NCBI GenBank assembly: GCA_044892525.1
Contig: CM097885.1
Location: 100,068,001 to 100,132,000 of the forward strand
From: Schmidtea polychroa
Taxonomy: Eukaryota
Direction of reading: 5' to 3'
Length of the DNA: 64,000 nt
Positions 26,601 through 38,600 of the stretch are shown here, in pieces; within the stretch, counting starts at the first letter, position 1; each line of letters begins with the position of its first letter. A program made the translations under genes and the position numbers. Below the pieces are notes generated by a model. That model did no database searches. It saw only the letters and a list, made by a program, of their open reading frames with translations, and was not told the DNA's origin.

Positions 26601-29600
26601 GATATTGTATGTGTTGTCTTTGTGCGCTATAGGTCGATTATATTATTAATAAAAATTGCTCGTCTCACCATTTCATTGGACTCGGATATTGTGAACTCTT
26701 AGTATTATGTTGTGACCTTGGGGCTTCGCACGAACGATAAGTAGGTCGTGGTCTCAGTCGATTTAATTATTCGTATTGACACCACATGTAGACAACGCGG
26801 ATGTTGTTCATTACTCCACACGTCACTAAGAAGTTCCTGAGAAACATGTTGGTAAAACTACTCTGTATACACGGTTCAGTACAACCATCACTCCTGGTTA
26901 TATATCATTTTATTGGCTTGCATTTGTAGTTGGGTGTTGGCCCGAAAATTACGCTTTAGAGCGCAGCTGTATATAAATTAGAATTTAACTCTCGGCATCT
27001 TAGAAATATCTGAGATTTGTTAGACAAAACCGATATCTTTGCTTTAGAGTTTTACTTGCGGCATTTTTGGGGTATTAGAGTTTGCGAGTCTTTTATTATA
27101 AATTGTAGAATTCATATTTGTGTAGTTATAATTTAAATATTTTATTATCAAAAGCGAGTTATTTCATTTACTTATACGCGCTATATCTTGTGGCGTCAGA
27201 TAGTGCGAATTGTGTTTGATCGTTATCTAGCAGATCAACCTAACAGTTGTAGAAAGGAGGTTGTTAATGAAAAGCACATATTTACATTTACGCAATATAT
27301 TCAATTCATTTTAAATCAGAAAATAATAAAATTAAAAAATTAATTCATTATACTAACCTAATTGATTTGAATTAACCCATGATCCGACTCGAAGAATTGT
27401 ATTGTTATTCCGGATCCCTAAGAATGATCGCCAAACCCGAAGTCTTTGTGTCAAAATGACGGTCAGCATTTATAAAGTTAAATTTTTCATTTCTTTTAAT
27501 TATACTATGTTCGGGAAGTTCAACCACCCAAGTGACTTATCTAATTTATTACAAGAGTATTTGTGATTTTCTTAAATTTCTCATTCATTCATTACTTTAA
27601 AGAAAAATTTTCTCTTATTACAATTTTGGTGACAAAATGTTTTAATAATAAATAATTTTCATTTTCATTGAACGTAATAATTGCAGAGTCACAGTAGCTG
27701 ACATCTCATATTATTCCTTGAAACATTTCTATCGACGGTGACTAGTTTGATATATTTTTTAAAGCTATGAAGTTCGAGACTATTTGATATTTTAAAGTTT
27801 TATTCAGATCATTGACCATTCAACTGCCAATGATGAAATGGGTTTTGTCGTTGAGAATTATCCTATGTGTGATTATCTCAAAAAACTATTAATTCGATTG
27901 AAACAGTTCAAAGACAAAGAAACAATGAATTCAGTTTTAGAAAACTTCAGTGTTTTTCAAGTAAATAATTTTTGGAATTTATTTTTAGAGGATAAAGATC
28001 ATAAATTCTATATGATCAAAAGACACGGATGTCGTGTGGAAAGTAGAATTTTAAATAAAGTATTGATTTGATGAAATTTTTAAAATATACTCGATTAAAA
28101 ATTACAAAAAAAAATTACAACCATTTATTTATTATGTACGATAATATTTAATACAACATATTTCAAAACTTTGCAGTTTCTATAATCTAAAAAATCAAAA
28201 ACATTGCATTATAAGAAGCACACAAATTTAATACACCAAACACCACTGAGAACCATTTCCTATAATATAACAAAAAAATCAATAATCTTACATTATAGAA
28301 ACATACATACTTACTTTAAAAAAAAAAAAAAAAATCAAATTTTATTTTATTAAATTTCTGGGGCCTCCTGGCCAAGAAGGGGAGATCGATTCTCACCCTT
28401 ATGTAATCTGAAGCTTTTATTTGAATAAATAATGGATGCTGGAGTGTAATACTCCTACATCAAACGTTCTGTAAGAGTTCTGTCAGGTTCGGTATTAGTT
28501 GTTGATGTTAGCAATTGTTAGGAGAGGCTTGTTAAGGCTTCTATCAGGTTCAGTATTGTTAAGGCTTCTGGCAGGTTCAGTAGGAGAGGCTTGTTAAAGC
28601 TTCTGTCAGGTTCAGTAGGAGAGGCTTGTTAAGGCTTCTGTCAGGTTCAGTAGGAGATGCTTGTTAAGGCTTCTGTCAGGTTCAGTAGGAAAGGCTTGTT
28701 AAGGCTTCTGTCAGGTTCAGTAGGAGAGGCTTGTTAAGGCTTCTGTCAGGTTCAGTAGGAGAGGCTTCTATGTGGTTAGGAGCACTAGCCCTAAGCTATC
28801 TGGGGTGATTTTTCGTCTGCGGGACTCTAAAGAAATGTAATAAGTGAGAGTAGGAAGACTCCATTTGTGATTTTTATCACGCTGAAATAGTGCTACTCTA
28901 TTATAATATATATTAGAAGGATGGTGTAGACGCAGTAATACAGATATAGGTGAATGCTTATATTAAATATATGAACGACTAAAAGTTTACTATCAGTTAG
29001 GCGGAGTCCCTACAAGGACTCCTACATTGACCCACTGATAGTAATTATACACATAGGAGATATTTTCCCCTCTATTATTCTCTCAAGGCCAGGTGTGTTG
29101 GAGGGTAGTGCTATACAAATGCTGTGACCCCCTAGGGCGTCTTGGTTGGTCCAGGCGGGTTTCGATTCCCATACTCTATTGGATGTATCATATAGGCTTG
29201 TTCAGATTGGATTGGAGTCTGTTCTTGTTAGGCTAGGCTAGAGTAAAGTCCGTCATTCGTCTTAGAGTGTGTTTTCTGTGTAATCGTCATCATTTTTTTG
29301 GCGGATTTTTAGGCTAGGCTTGATTGTCGTCGATCACTCATTAGAAATTGTGCATCAGTGCTCTCATCATCTTTATTAAGAAGGTCCTGAAAATACTTGT
29401 ATGGAGCTGGAAGACTCCGGTAGTGCGATGATATACATAGACNNNNNNNNNNNNNNNNNNNNNNNNNNNNNNNNNNNNNNNNNNNNNNNNNNNNNNNNNN
29501 NNNNNNNNNNNNNNNNNNNNNNNNNNNNNNNNNNNNNNNNNNNNNNNNNNNNNNNNNNNNNNNNNNNNNNNNNNNNNNNNNNNNNNNNNNNNNNNNNNNN

Positions 29601-32600
29601 NNNNNNNNNNNNNNNNNNNNNNNNNNNNNNNNNNNNNTAGCTATTAGTTGGCTATAGTAAGTTAGTTATTTGTAGTTATTTAGTTATAGGTTTTGTAAGG
29701 TTAATCCAAAGGAGGTTAGGCTGCTTTAGTTGTGGATATAGTTATATAGTATTGCTTAGTAGTTTAAAAGAAAATATATTTATGAGCTATTTATAGTATA
29801 ATGATAATGTACAGTATATAATATGGTAATGCTTTGTTTAGGTAGGTATATATAATAGTAGAGGATTAATCCTTAAGAGTATGTTCTCTAAGTATGTGGT
29901 AGCTACTCACCACTGCGGCTGTGCAGGCTTTCTGTGACAGTCCTTTAATTTCAGATTTAGAGAGTCCTATTTTCCTAAGTATCTGGTCATTGTTAGAGTC
30001 CCAGGAGCCAAGAGTGCCAATTACAAGTGCGGAGATGGTGGTTTTGACTTTATGTGCCTTTTCAATTTGGATGGCCAGGTTGGCATATTTTGCATAGTTA
30101 TCATTGGTCACCCTTTTAAAGTTTTCTCTCTGTTCATAGGGAACTTTGATATCTAGGATGTGGTTATTGTTGTTCCTCATGGATCTTATAATGAGGTCAG
30201 GTTTGAGCAGAGTGGGTATGCCAAGAGGAGTTATTTCGATGTCTAAGTAGAAGTTGAGGTTAAGGAGAAATTCACTAACGGCATCTAAGACCCGGGAGTG
30301 TTTGTTTCTACGCGCGTTTATCTTTGCTGGACAGTGGTTAAAGATATGCGCTTGGGTTTCAGGGTGTGAGTTACATTGTCTACATTGTATAGATTTTTTG
30401 GATTTAAGTCTATGGGGCGTAAAGTTTAGTTCTAGAAGGTTGTTACGTGCTCTGATAAGGAAGAAGAATTGGGTATCAGTCAGAATATCGGTTTTTATGA
30501 GGTAGCCAGCTGTGGTGCTATTACAAATTGATTTTGCAATGTGGCCTTGGTGCGTTAGGAGGGCCCATTTTTCAGTGTGTATGAGGCTAATGATGGAATG
30601 AATTTCAGAGGAGATAGTGTTTACATTGTCACTTTGGAAGTAATTTATCCTGTCTTTGTATCGGATTTCGAGCTGATATGAGTTGTCTAGTAGGAGGATT
30701 TTAGCATGAATTCCATATTTCCGACGGAGTAGGTCAGCAGATTTTTTAAATTTTAGAAATATTGAGCGGTGCTGGAATGATTTTGAAGTATTGCCATTAA
30801 TCCAGTAGAGAGCTGCTTCAAGATTGCCCTGGCCTCTTGCTAGTGCAAGTTCTGAGAGGATAAGGTTGCGGAAGGATGTATCTGTAGAGTTTAGTGCACG
30901 AGAGAGGTGTACAATGCCTTGAGTTATATATTCATCAATGGCTGAGGTGAGACCCATCCCACCCATTTTTATCGAGGCATAGAGAAAGTTATTATTTATT
31001 TGGAGTAACCGATCTCCGAGAGCTATTTTTATTAGTTTTCTGATCTTATTGTCAAAGCCTTTTTGTGGGTTCCTATCTTTTATGATGTTGTTTTTATGGG
31101 ATTCAAGAATGTTGTGGAGTATTTCACAGTTGCGGAAAGGGAAGATAAGACGTGAGTGGATAAAGATTTTAAAGGCATTAATTTTCTGGGATGGATGAAG
31201 GTGTGATTTGAGAATTTTTTCAGTATCCGTGAGAGCACATTCGAGTGTTTCATCAATATTGTGTCGTTTTTTGAGGGAGAAGTCAACCCCTAGGTATCTG
31301 TAGAAGTTTGAGTCATCTACCTTAGGAATGATCTCGTTATAAAGTTTTATGGGGTGGTAGCTTGAGTTATGGTTAAGATGGAAGTAGCCAGATTTAGAGG
31401 GTTTAAATTTGAGGTTGGCTAGTGAAGCAAGGCGGATAGTTTCAAGTAGGGCAGAGTTGATTGAGGGGTAAGAGTCAGATATAAGTACTATGTCGTCAGC
31501 GTATGCGAGGATACCTATATTCATTTCTCCTAGGATAAAGGGGTGAGAGATTAGGATGTTTTTAATAATGAAGTCTATTGAAAGACAGAAGAGAGTCATA
31601 GATAAGGGGCATCCTTGTTTTACCCCTTTAAGAATCGGAACAGAAGGCGAGGTTTCCCCTTCACAGTCGAAGATGGTGTTAACTTGATCGTACATGCTTT
31701 TAATAAGTTGGATGGAGTTTGGGTGAAGGCCCATTTTAGATAGTGTGTACCAGATAAGGTCATGTGGTAAGGAACCAAAGGCATCAGTGATGTCTAACCA
31801 AATAATATGTAGGTCAGATTTATTGCGATTAGAGGCATCTTTGATAAGTTGAAGGATAAAGTTGTGTTCAGCGCAGCCATCAGGGGCACCAATTGCTTTT
31901 TGATTGTTAGAGATAAGATTACCTTCCTTAATCCACCCCAGGAGTCTATTGTTGAGGAGAGAGGAGAAGATACGATAGATGGTGTTCATAATGGATATGG
32001 GTCTCCATGAGCTGGCTTCATGGCTAATTTCATTTTTCCCAGCTTTGAGGATAAGTTTAGTACGGAAGGTTTTCCAAGAGGATGGACATATGGAGTTCCG
32101 TTGGATATTGTTGCATATCGATAGTATTAGTTCATGATCCGGCGATATTTTCTTCCAGTTGGCAAGGGTAATAAGGTCAAGGCCAGGGGCAGTGTTTGCA
32201 AGTTGGGATAGGATGTATTTAATATCATCAAGATCAAATGGAGTGGAGGAGTAAGTTTCAGGATATGAGCATTGAAGGTTTATGGAGAAAGTTTGGCAGG
32301 TGGCTATGCCTCCTGCAAAGAGTTTTAGAAGATTTTTCATAGTGGGTTTTTGAAAACAGGTTTCATTATTTAATATTTTGCTTATTTCTTCCTTTGGATT
32401 AAACTTATACCTATTTCTTTTGACAAATAGTAGTTCATTGGCATTTTTCCTCACTTTATGGGTGATGTCTGCAGGAATTTTATTGATGTATTTTTTAGGG
32501 TTAATGTTTTCATTAATTTTATTAATTTCGCAAAGGACTGATTCACAGTCTGTTGTATCATTATTTAGATTAATTATAAGGCTACTGATAAATGGGCGAT

Positions 32601-35600
32601 ATTTTCGCACATCATCACTAGCCATTCTGTTAATTAGTATTTTTTTAATTACAATTTTAATCCTATTAATCATATTCTGGATGTTAGGTGAGGTGATCCT
32701 ATCATTTTTCATGAGGCATTCAATCATGTGGCATATAAAGAAGGCTGATTCATTAGGAGTGCTGCATCTAGGATATTCGGGGTATTGAAGATGGATAGTG
32801 ATAGGGGAGACAATTTTCTGTAGGTCTAAGATGGTTTCAAGGATACTATTGGCAAGTGAAAGGTGGATAGAAGGACTTTCATCGGTTGTAGGGTCAATAA
32901 GTACTGCCAGCTTTCGGCGTTTGTTTAGGAAGAAGAAAAACCAATTGTCTTTAGCATGACACATTGGCATGATGATCTCGTTCCAATCAGAGAAGTCTTT
33001 GAAAGGAAAGGTTTCAAAGAAGGTCTTGTAGTTGTGTTGTATAAGAGCGTTACCTATATAGGGGTCCACGAAGATGGTGGTTGGTCTGATGGCAAAGGAA
33101 AAGATGAAGGCCTTGATAGAGTGCTGTGACCATCATGCAGCCTCCTTATCAATATTATTAGTAAATAGTATATTGTCAGGTATGTCCCTATTTATGATTT
33201 CATTATTTAGAGGTGATAGGATTGCCTCTTGCGTATCCAGAATATCATTAAAAAGGTTATTTTTAGTATTAATATTTACGTTATTACTGTAGTCATTATT
33301 CACGGGGCTATTAAAGGTCTCCTTATTGGGGTGATGATCCTCAATATGGTTTTTGGAGTCCTGATATTCTATCCACTCTCCACAGAAGCAATTAATTTTT
33401 AGATTGATGTCGAATTTTAAATTTTTATGATGTTTTATCATATGTGTATTTATTGTATCTAAAGGTGTGTCAATGTCGAAGGATTGGAAGCACTTGTTGC
33501 AGTTTTTGTTTAGATTGTGGCATAAAAAACGGTTTGTGGAAGTAATTTTCAGGGTAATAGTCTTAAGGAAGTCCTTGTTTACACTACAGTGGTGCTCAAA
33601 TTGGTCGATGTGGTTATATAGGTTTCTAAGGGTGATGGTGTTCAAGGTAGATCGGCTTCCTTCCCCTTTGGGTCTACATTGGTGGCAGTCGATCAAAGAG
33701 TCGTAGGTTATAGCGATGTTGTGAATTTCTTGGACGTGTGACCTAATCCTATCAATATCAGTGGCAGAAATTTGTCCACAAAAAGAAGTATGGTGGCATC
33801 CACGGCACTGTAATTTGCCCCGTAGATCAAAGTAGTATAATATTTCATCATTTATGTCTTTGGACATTGTATCTTTATTTATTATAGTTTTTCTCGTCTT
33901 TATGAGGTCTAAGGTGGGGGGTTTAAGAGTGTACGTTTTACCTCTAACCTCTAGGCTTTTTTGGAATTTTATGTCGTTTCTGTGGTGGATGGGAGTGGAT
34001 GTGGTTGCGTATTTTGGTGTCTCTTTAGCAGAGGGTATAGTTTCTTTCAGGTTTATAAGGTTTGGTGATTTACGTTCAGTGTTTTCGACAGGGATAAGCC
34101 TTTAGGAATAGGGTATGATCTATCAAGGTCAATGTTTTCGGAGGAATGAAAGTTGTAGGTTTTCTTTTCTTGCCTAACAGGGGTTATGGTTGCAGAGTCA
34201 TCTAGCGGTGATGGTCTAACTGAGGGATATATTTTGGGTTCCTCAATTGAGTCGGTAGGTAGGGTAAGGTTATAAGAGTTGGATTTCTCAGGCAGAGGAG
34301 GTGAGGGGTTGTTAGTAAGAAGGGCTAAGAGAGGGGCGTTTGAGGAAGGAGGTTCATTGATAGAGCTTTGGTCAGAGGCACTGCTAGAGAGTACGACGTC
34401 ATCACAGTCGGAGTTGAATAGATCGCTTGGGTATTCTGGAGGTCTAACATCCTCTCGGTCTGATATAGGGGATTCTATTGTGTCGTCAAAGTAGCAACTA
34501 TAATGTGAGGTATCTATACTAATTTTGGAGTGTTTCGAGGAGGAAGTGTCTATTTCAGAGTCATTGGGGATTGATGAGCTGTAGGTTGATGAGTTGTCCT
34601 CATCTATATTGGAAGAGACTGAATCGTATTTTGTGTTGAGAACTTTTGTTCTCTGTACTTTCTTGAGCAAGTTTTCATTAGGGCGAATTTCTTTGGGAGC
34701 AAATGGGTTTGGAATTGGTTTTGAGTAGTGTGTTCTATGCGAGGTGTTGATGTTAGTCTTTTTGCTAGTGGACTGAGTGTCAAGGTTGTAGCCTAGTTTT
34801 CTCGGTTGTCTTGGAAAATTGACAGATGTTTTAGGAGGTTCATTAATTTCATGACTATTGGTTTCAATAAGGGCAGCATATCTATTATTTATTAGTCTAT
34901 TATTCAGGTTGTTATTCTTCTTATGGGGGTAGGTGCTTTCAGGGAGAGTGGATACCATATCAGTGCTCAGGATACATTCAGGGGGTTCATTTCTGACAAC
35001 GTTCACATTAGTGTCATAAGTAATCTTTGAATTATCAAGCTTCCTTTCAACGTTGGTATTTAGTGGGATCTTGGGTAGTTCCCCCCGATTACTGTTATAA
35101 GCTTTATTTATTATATTATTATTAGATAAAATATTGGCAAATAGATATGGGGTAAATTGTTTGTAATTTATTGATAGAATGTAAAAAAAATTTTTAACAA
35201 TATAAAAATTATTATTTCTATTATTATTTTTTAAATGACAGTGTAAGTCCTTGAATAGGTTTCTAATTAAATTTTTTAGGATGTCATATGAATTTTGATT
35301 TATTTTGGTTATCGTATTATATAGGTTGGGTATTAAGTTAATATTGAATGGCGCAGTTTCTTTAGTATTATAGGTATTTAATATATCTATTAAAATGAGG
35401 TAATTCGTGTTGAGGTCAATAAAAATGGATCTATATATTTGCGGGAGCACTCTTATATTATCTTCTTTAAGGAATATGAATTGTTTAGTCAATTCTCTGA
35501 AAAAATTATCGCCTATATTTCCTAGGTATGTAAAGTTGACCTGAGTCGTGGTATTTGCTGGGTTTAGAAGGGGTTTATCGATGGGATGTGAAATAGGTTT

Positions 35601-38600
35601 AGAGCTAAGGCTGGTATTCTTATTAAGGTTTAAGATTTGGGCATACTTCATAGTTGGGACACGGTTGGGTGTACGTTTCTATGGGTCAATAGTTGGTCTA
35701 GTACTAATATTCTCTGGGAGTCGGCCTCGGGCCGACGAGCTGCGTAGCGGCATCCTTTCGTCCTCCAAAGGAGGACGAAAAATTTTTTTGCTTTCATAAT
35801 TTCTGGAATAATTTTGGTCTTTTTTAAACAAATCTTTTTTAATTAAATTATCGCCATTTTTAAATTTATTTAATTTGGTATTTATATTAATATTATTTAA
35901 GTTACTTTTTTCATTTAAAAAATATGATTTTATGTTTACGGATTTATTTTTAAGGTTTTTCTTTACTGGGTTTTTATAATTATTATTCTTAATTTTATTT
36001 TGATTAAAAATTTTATCTTTATTAAATTTCACGTGTTTATTTCTATTATAATTTAAATAATTATGTTTATCAAATAGTTCGTTTTCATAAAATGGGGATT
36101 TATTTCTGCTTTTATTTCTATTATCATATACATTTAAATAGTTAATTCTTTTATTGGTATTATTTTCATTAAATAAAGAGTTATAATTTTCATTAAAATT
36201 ATCTTTACTATATATTACATTTTCATTAGTTCTTTTATTATTATGAATTTCATTTAAGTAATCATTATTATAATGCATTATATTTTCATTAATTCTATTA
36301 TTAGTATGAGATTCACTTAAATAATTATTTCTATTATACATTACATTACTATTGAAATTAAAGTTAGAATTGTAAAGATAATTCTGATCATTAGTTACCT
36401 TCTTTTCCCATGTGTCCTTTATTCGAAATAAGGTGTTTATGAATTTATTGTGTTCATTTTGGTTGATAGGCATGCCTCTGCATTGGGGCATAACCAAGCA
36501 GTAGGCGTAATTGAATGCTTTCAGACTGGCCTGTTGAATCTTGTGTCCAATTCGGTTCCAGTATTCTAGTAGTGTATCGTCAGTTAGATATATCCTTCCT
36601 GAAAGATAGTTAACGAGTTGATTAAAAATAGTGAACTCATGGATTTCAGCCCAGTGCTGTATGAATGTTATATCTGAGGAATAAAATTTTTTTGCTTTCA
36701 TAATTTCTGGAATAAAAAAAAATTACAACCATTTATTTATTATGTACGATAATATTTAATACAACATATTTCAAAACTTTGCAGTTTCTATAATCTAAAA
36801 AATCAAAAACATTGCATTATAAGAAGCACACAAATTTAATACACCAAACACCACTGAGAACCATTTCCTATAATATAACAAAAAAATCAATAATCTTACA
36901 TTATAGAAACATACATACTTACTTTGATTTCACGTTGATGTTCTCATTTATAGCTCAATGAGATACATCTTATATTATAGAAATCTGAAAAGTGGAAGTA
37001 AAATTAAAAAATGCACACAAGCACAACACATAATAAAAAACACATACAAACTTTTGATTCGTAAAATTGTAACGATGATAATAATTCTATTTTAGACAAT
37101 TTTTAGAAAAAAAAGATCGTTGAAAATTTTTTAAATTATATTTTTAATGAAAATATCAAGAGCAGATGAATTTGGTTCAAAATCTTTTTACTCCAGATTT
37201 GATTTCCTTTAAGAATCCCCTCATATTGAGCTCAGAAAAAAAATTACAAAAATTAAAAAAATTATTCTAATCCGCGATTTTTCCCAAAATGTTTTAAAAA
37301 AATACATTGATTGATTTATTTATTTAATTAATTATAATTAAAAATATATCGGACTCACAATTTTTCGAAATAATTCCAAAATACTTTAATAAAAGACATA
37401 AAATTCCTAAAAAAGCCTGAAAATTAATTAAAAATAATTTATAATTATATTGTTGATTAAAAGTAATATTTAAGAACTTGAATAATGACCTCATATCCAT
37501 ATGGATCAAAATTCAAGTCTTAAAATTTACTTTAAATTTAATATCTTACCTGAAAACCATTTCTAAAATGGCTAAAATAAATTTCATGATGAGTAATTCA
37601 TACGTAAAAAAATTATTGACAACTTTGAAAATTCATCAGTAGTAAATTGGTGAGTGAGCAATTGCTCTACCACCACTATAGAGAATGTATCTCAGTGGTG
37701 TTGGTAATTTTACACCTGTTTGCAGGATATAATAACCTCTGTAATATAAAAAAAATAAATACTCTAACAATATGAAAACACAAACTTACCTGTGTGTTGA
37801 ATGTTAATGTTTCATGAATGACAACATAGAATTCGAGAAAGGAATAGAAAAAAACTTTGTATACACTTCTTTGAGCTTCTCCAAGATGGTGGTACTGTAA
37901 ACTCTTATCGATACACAGATTTCATTTAAAATGGGATGACGTCACTTAACATTGATGTTGTGCGAAGACACTTGATTTTTCGTATGAATGATAAAGCTAC
38001 TCCGCAAGAAGTTATTGCCACTAAATGTTGTGTCAGCCATTTTATTCCACTGGTGTGAATTTGGATGACCGGTGCATTTTCAAGAAAGTTGAATTCTTTG
38101 GAAGAAGCAAATATTTTGAAAATATCAATGAAACAGTGTCTTCTAGAGTTTAAAGCTGAGTTTTCCCTAGGGAAATTAACAAAGGAACTTCAAAAACCTG
38201 GAAAGCATTGTGAAGAATTTATTAAACAAAATGAAAGCTATACATAAACATTGTTTGCATTTGTTGTTTATGATAAATATGTTCGGTTTTATAAATGGAA
38301 ATTTTTTGGGACACCCTGTAATAATAATTAGATAATAGGGTTTTTGATATCCACATAAATAATAAATATGTTTATGATGTATTTGGAAGTCGATTTGTGG
38401 ATGTATGCAAGTTGGGCTCTAGTGGAGTAGGCACTGCCAAGGTGGTGCTAAAGTTTATTTGATTTTAAAAACAAAGTCCCGGAGAAAAATTCGCTACATT
38501 TTTTGTATCTCTACGTTGATAATCAAGCACGAGATGAAGTCTCCAAATTTGTAAAAAAAAATTATAATTTATATTTACAATTACAATTTTATGCAAATGA

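Larger units (their letters stand above)
28318..36713 (-). mobile_element. RLE-type non-LTR retrotransposon (NeSL/R5-like), 8.4 kb, antisense in TEAD intron 7
   Basis: ORF1-like region, zinc fingers, Ulp1-like domain, RT, CCHC and PD-(D/E)xK endonuclease, bounded by the 212-bp duplication; one N gap in the 3' UTR. Confidence 0.92.

Noticed and set aside
27961-28071. Read-through tail of ORF 27838..28071 as the TEAD C-terminus
   Set aside because: No TEAD similarity after the GTAAAT donor; the true terminal exon is at 38620..38745.
28520-28770. CRISPR-like array (35-bp or 19-bp repeats)
   Set aside because: Repeats are head-to-tail with no unique spacers, in a eukaryotic context.
33133-33135. 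UGA=Trp genetic code, suggested by in-frame TGAs at Trp-plausible sites (33133, 61287, 37634..37639)
   Set aside because: TAA and TAG interruptions are equally common in the same elements and host genes use TGG for Trp; ordinary mutational decay explains it.
30254-35799. Plus-strand ORFs opposite the RLE element (and similar shadows opposite Gypsy and hAT ORFs)
   Set aside because: Antisense shadows of long coding frames; no motifs.
37545-37900. Minus-strand exon-like segments with CAG|GTAAG donors
   Set aside because: Every frame is interrupted, there is no recognisable product, and they adjoin a mariner remnant.
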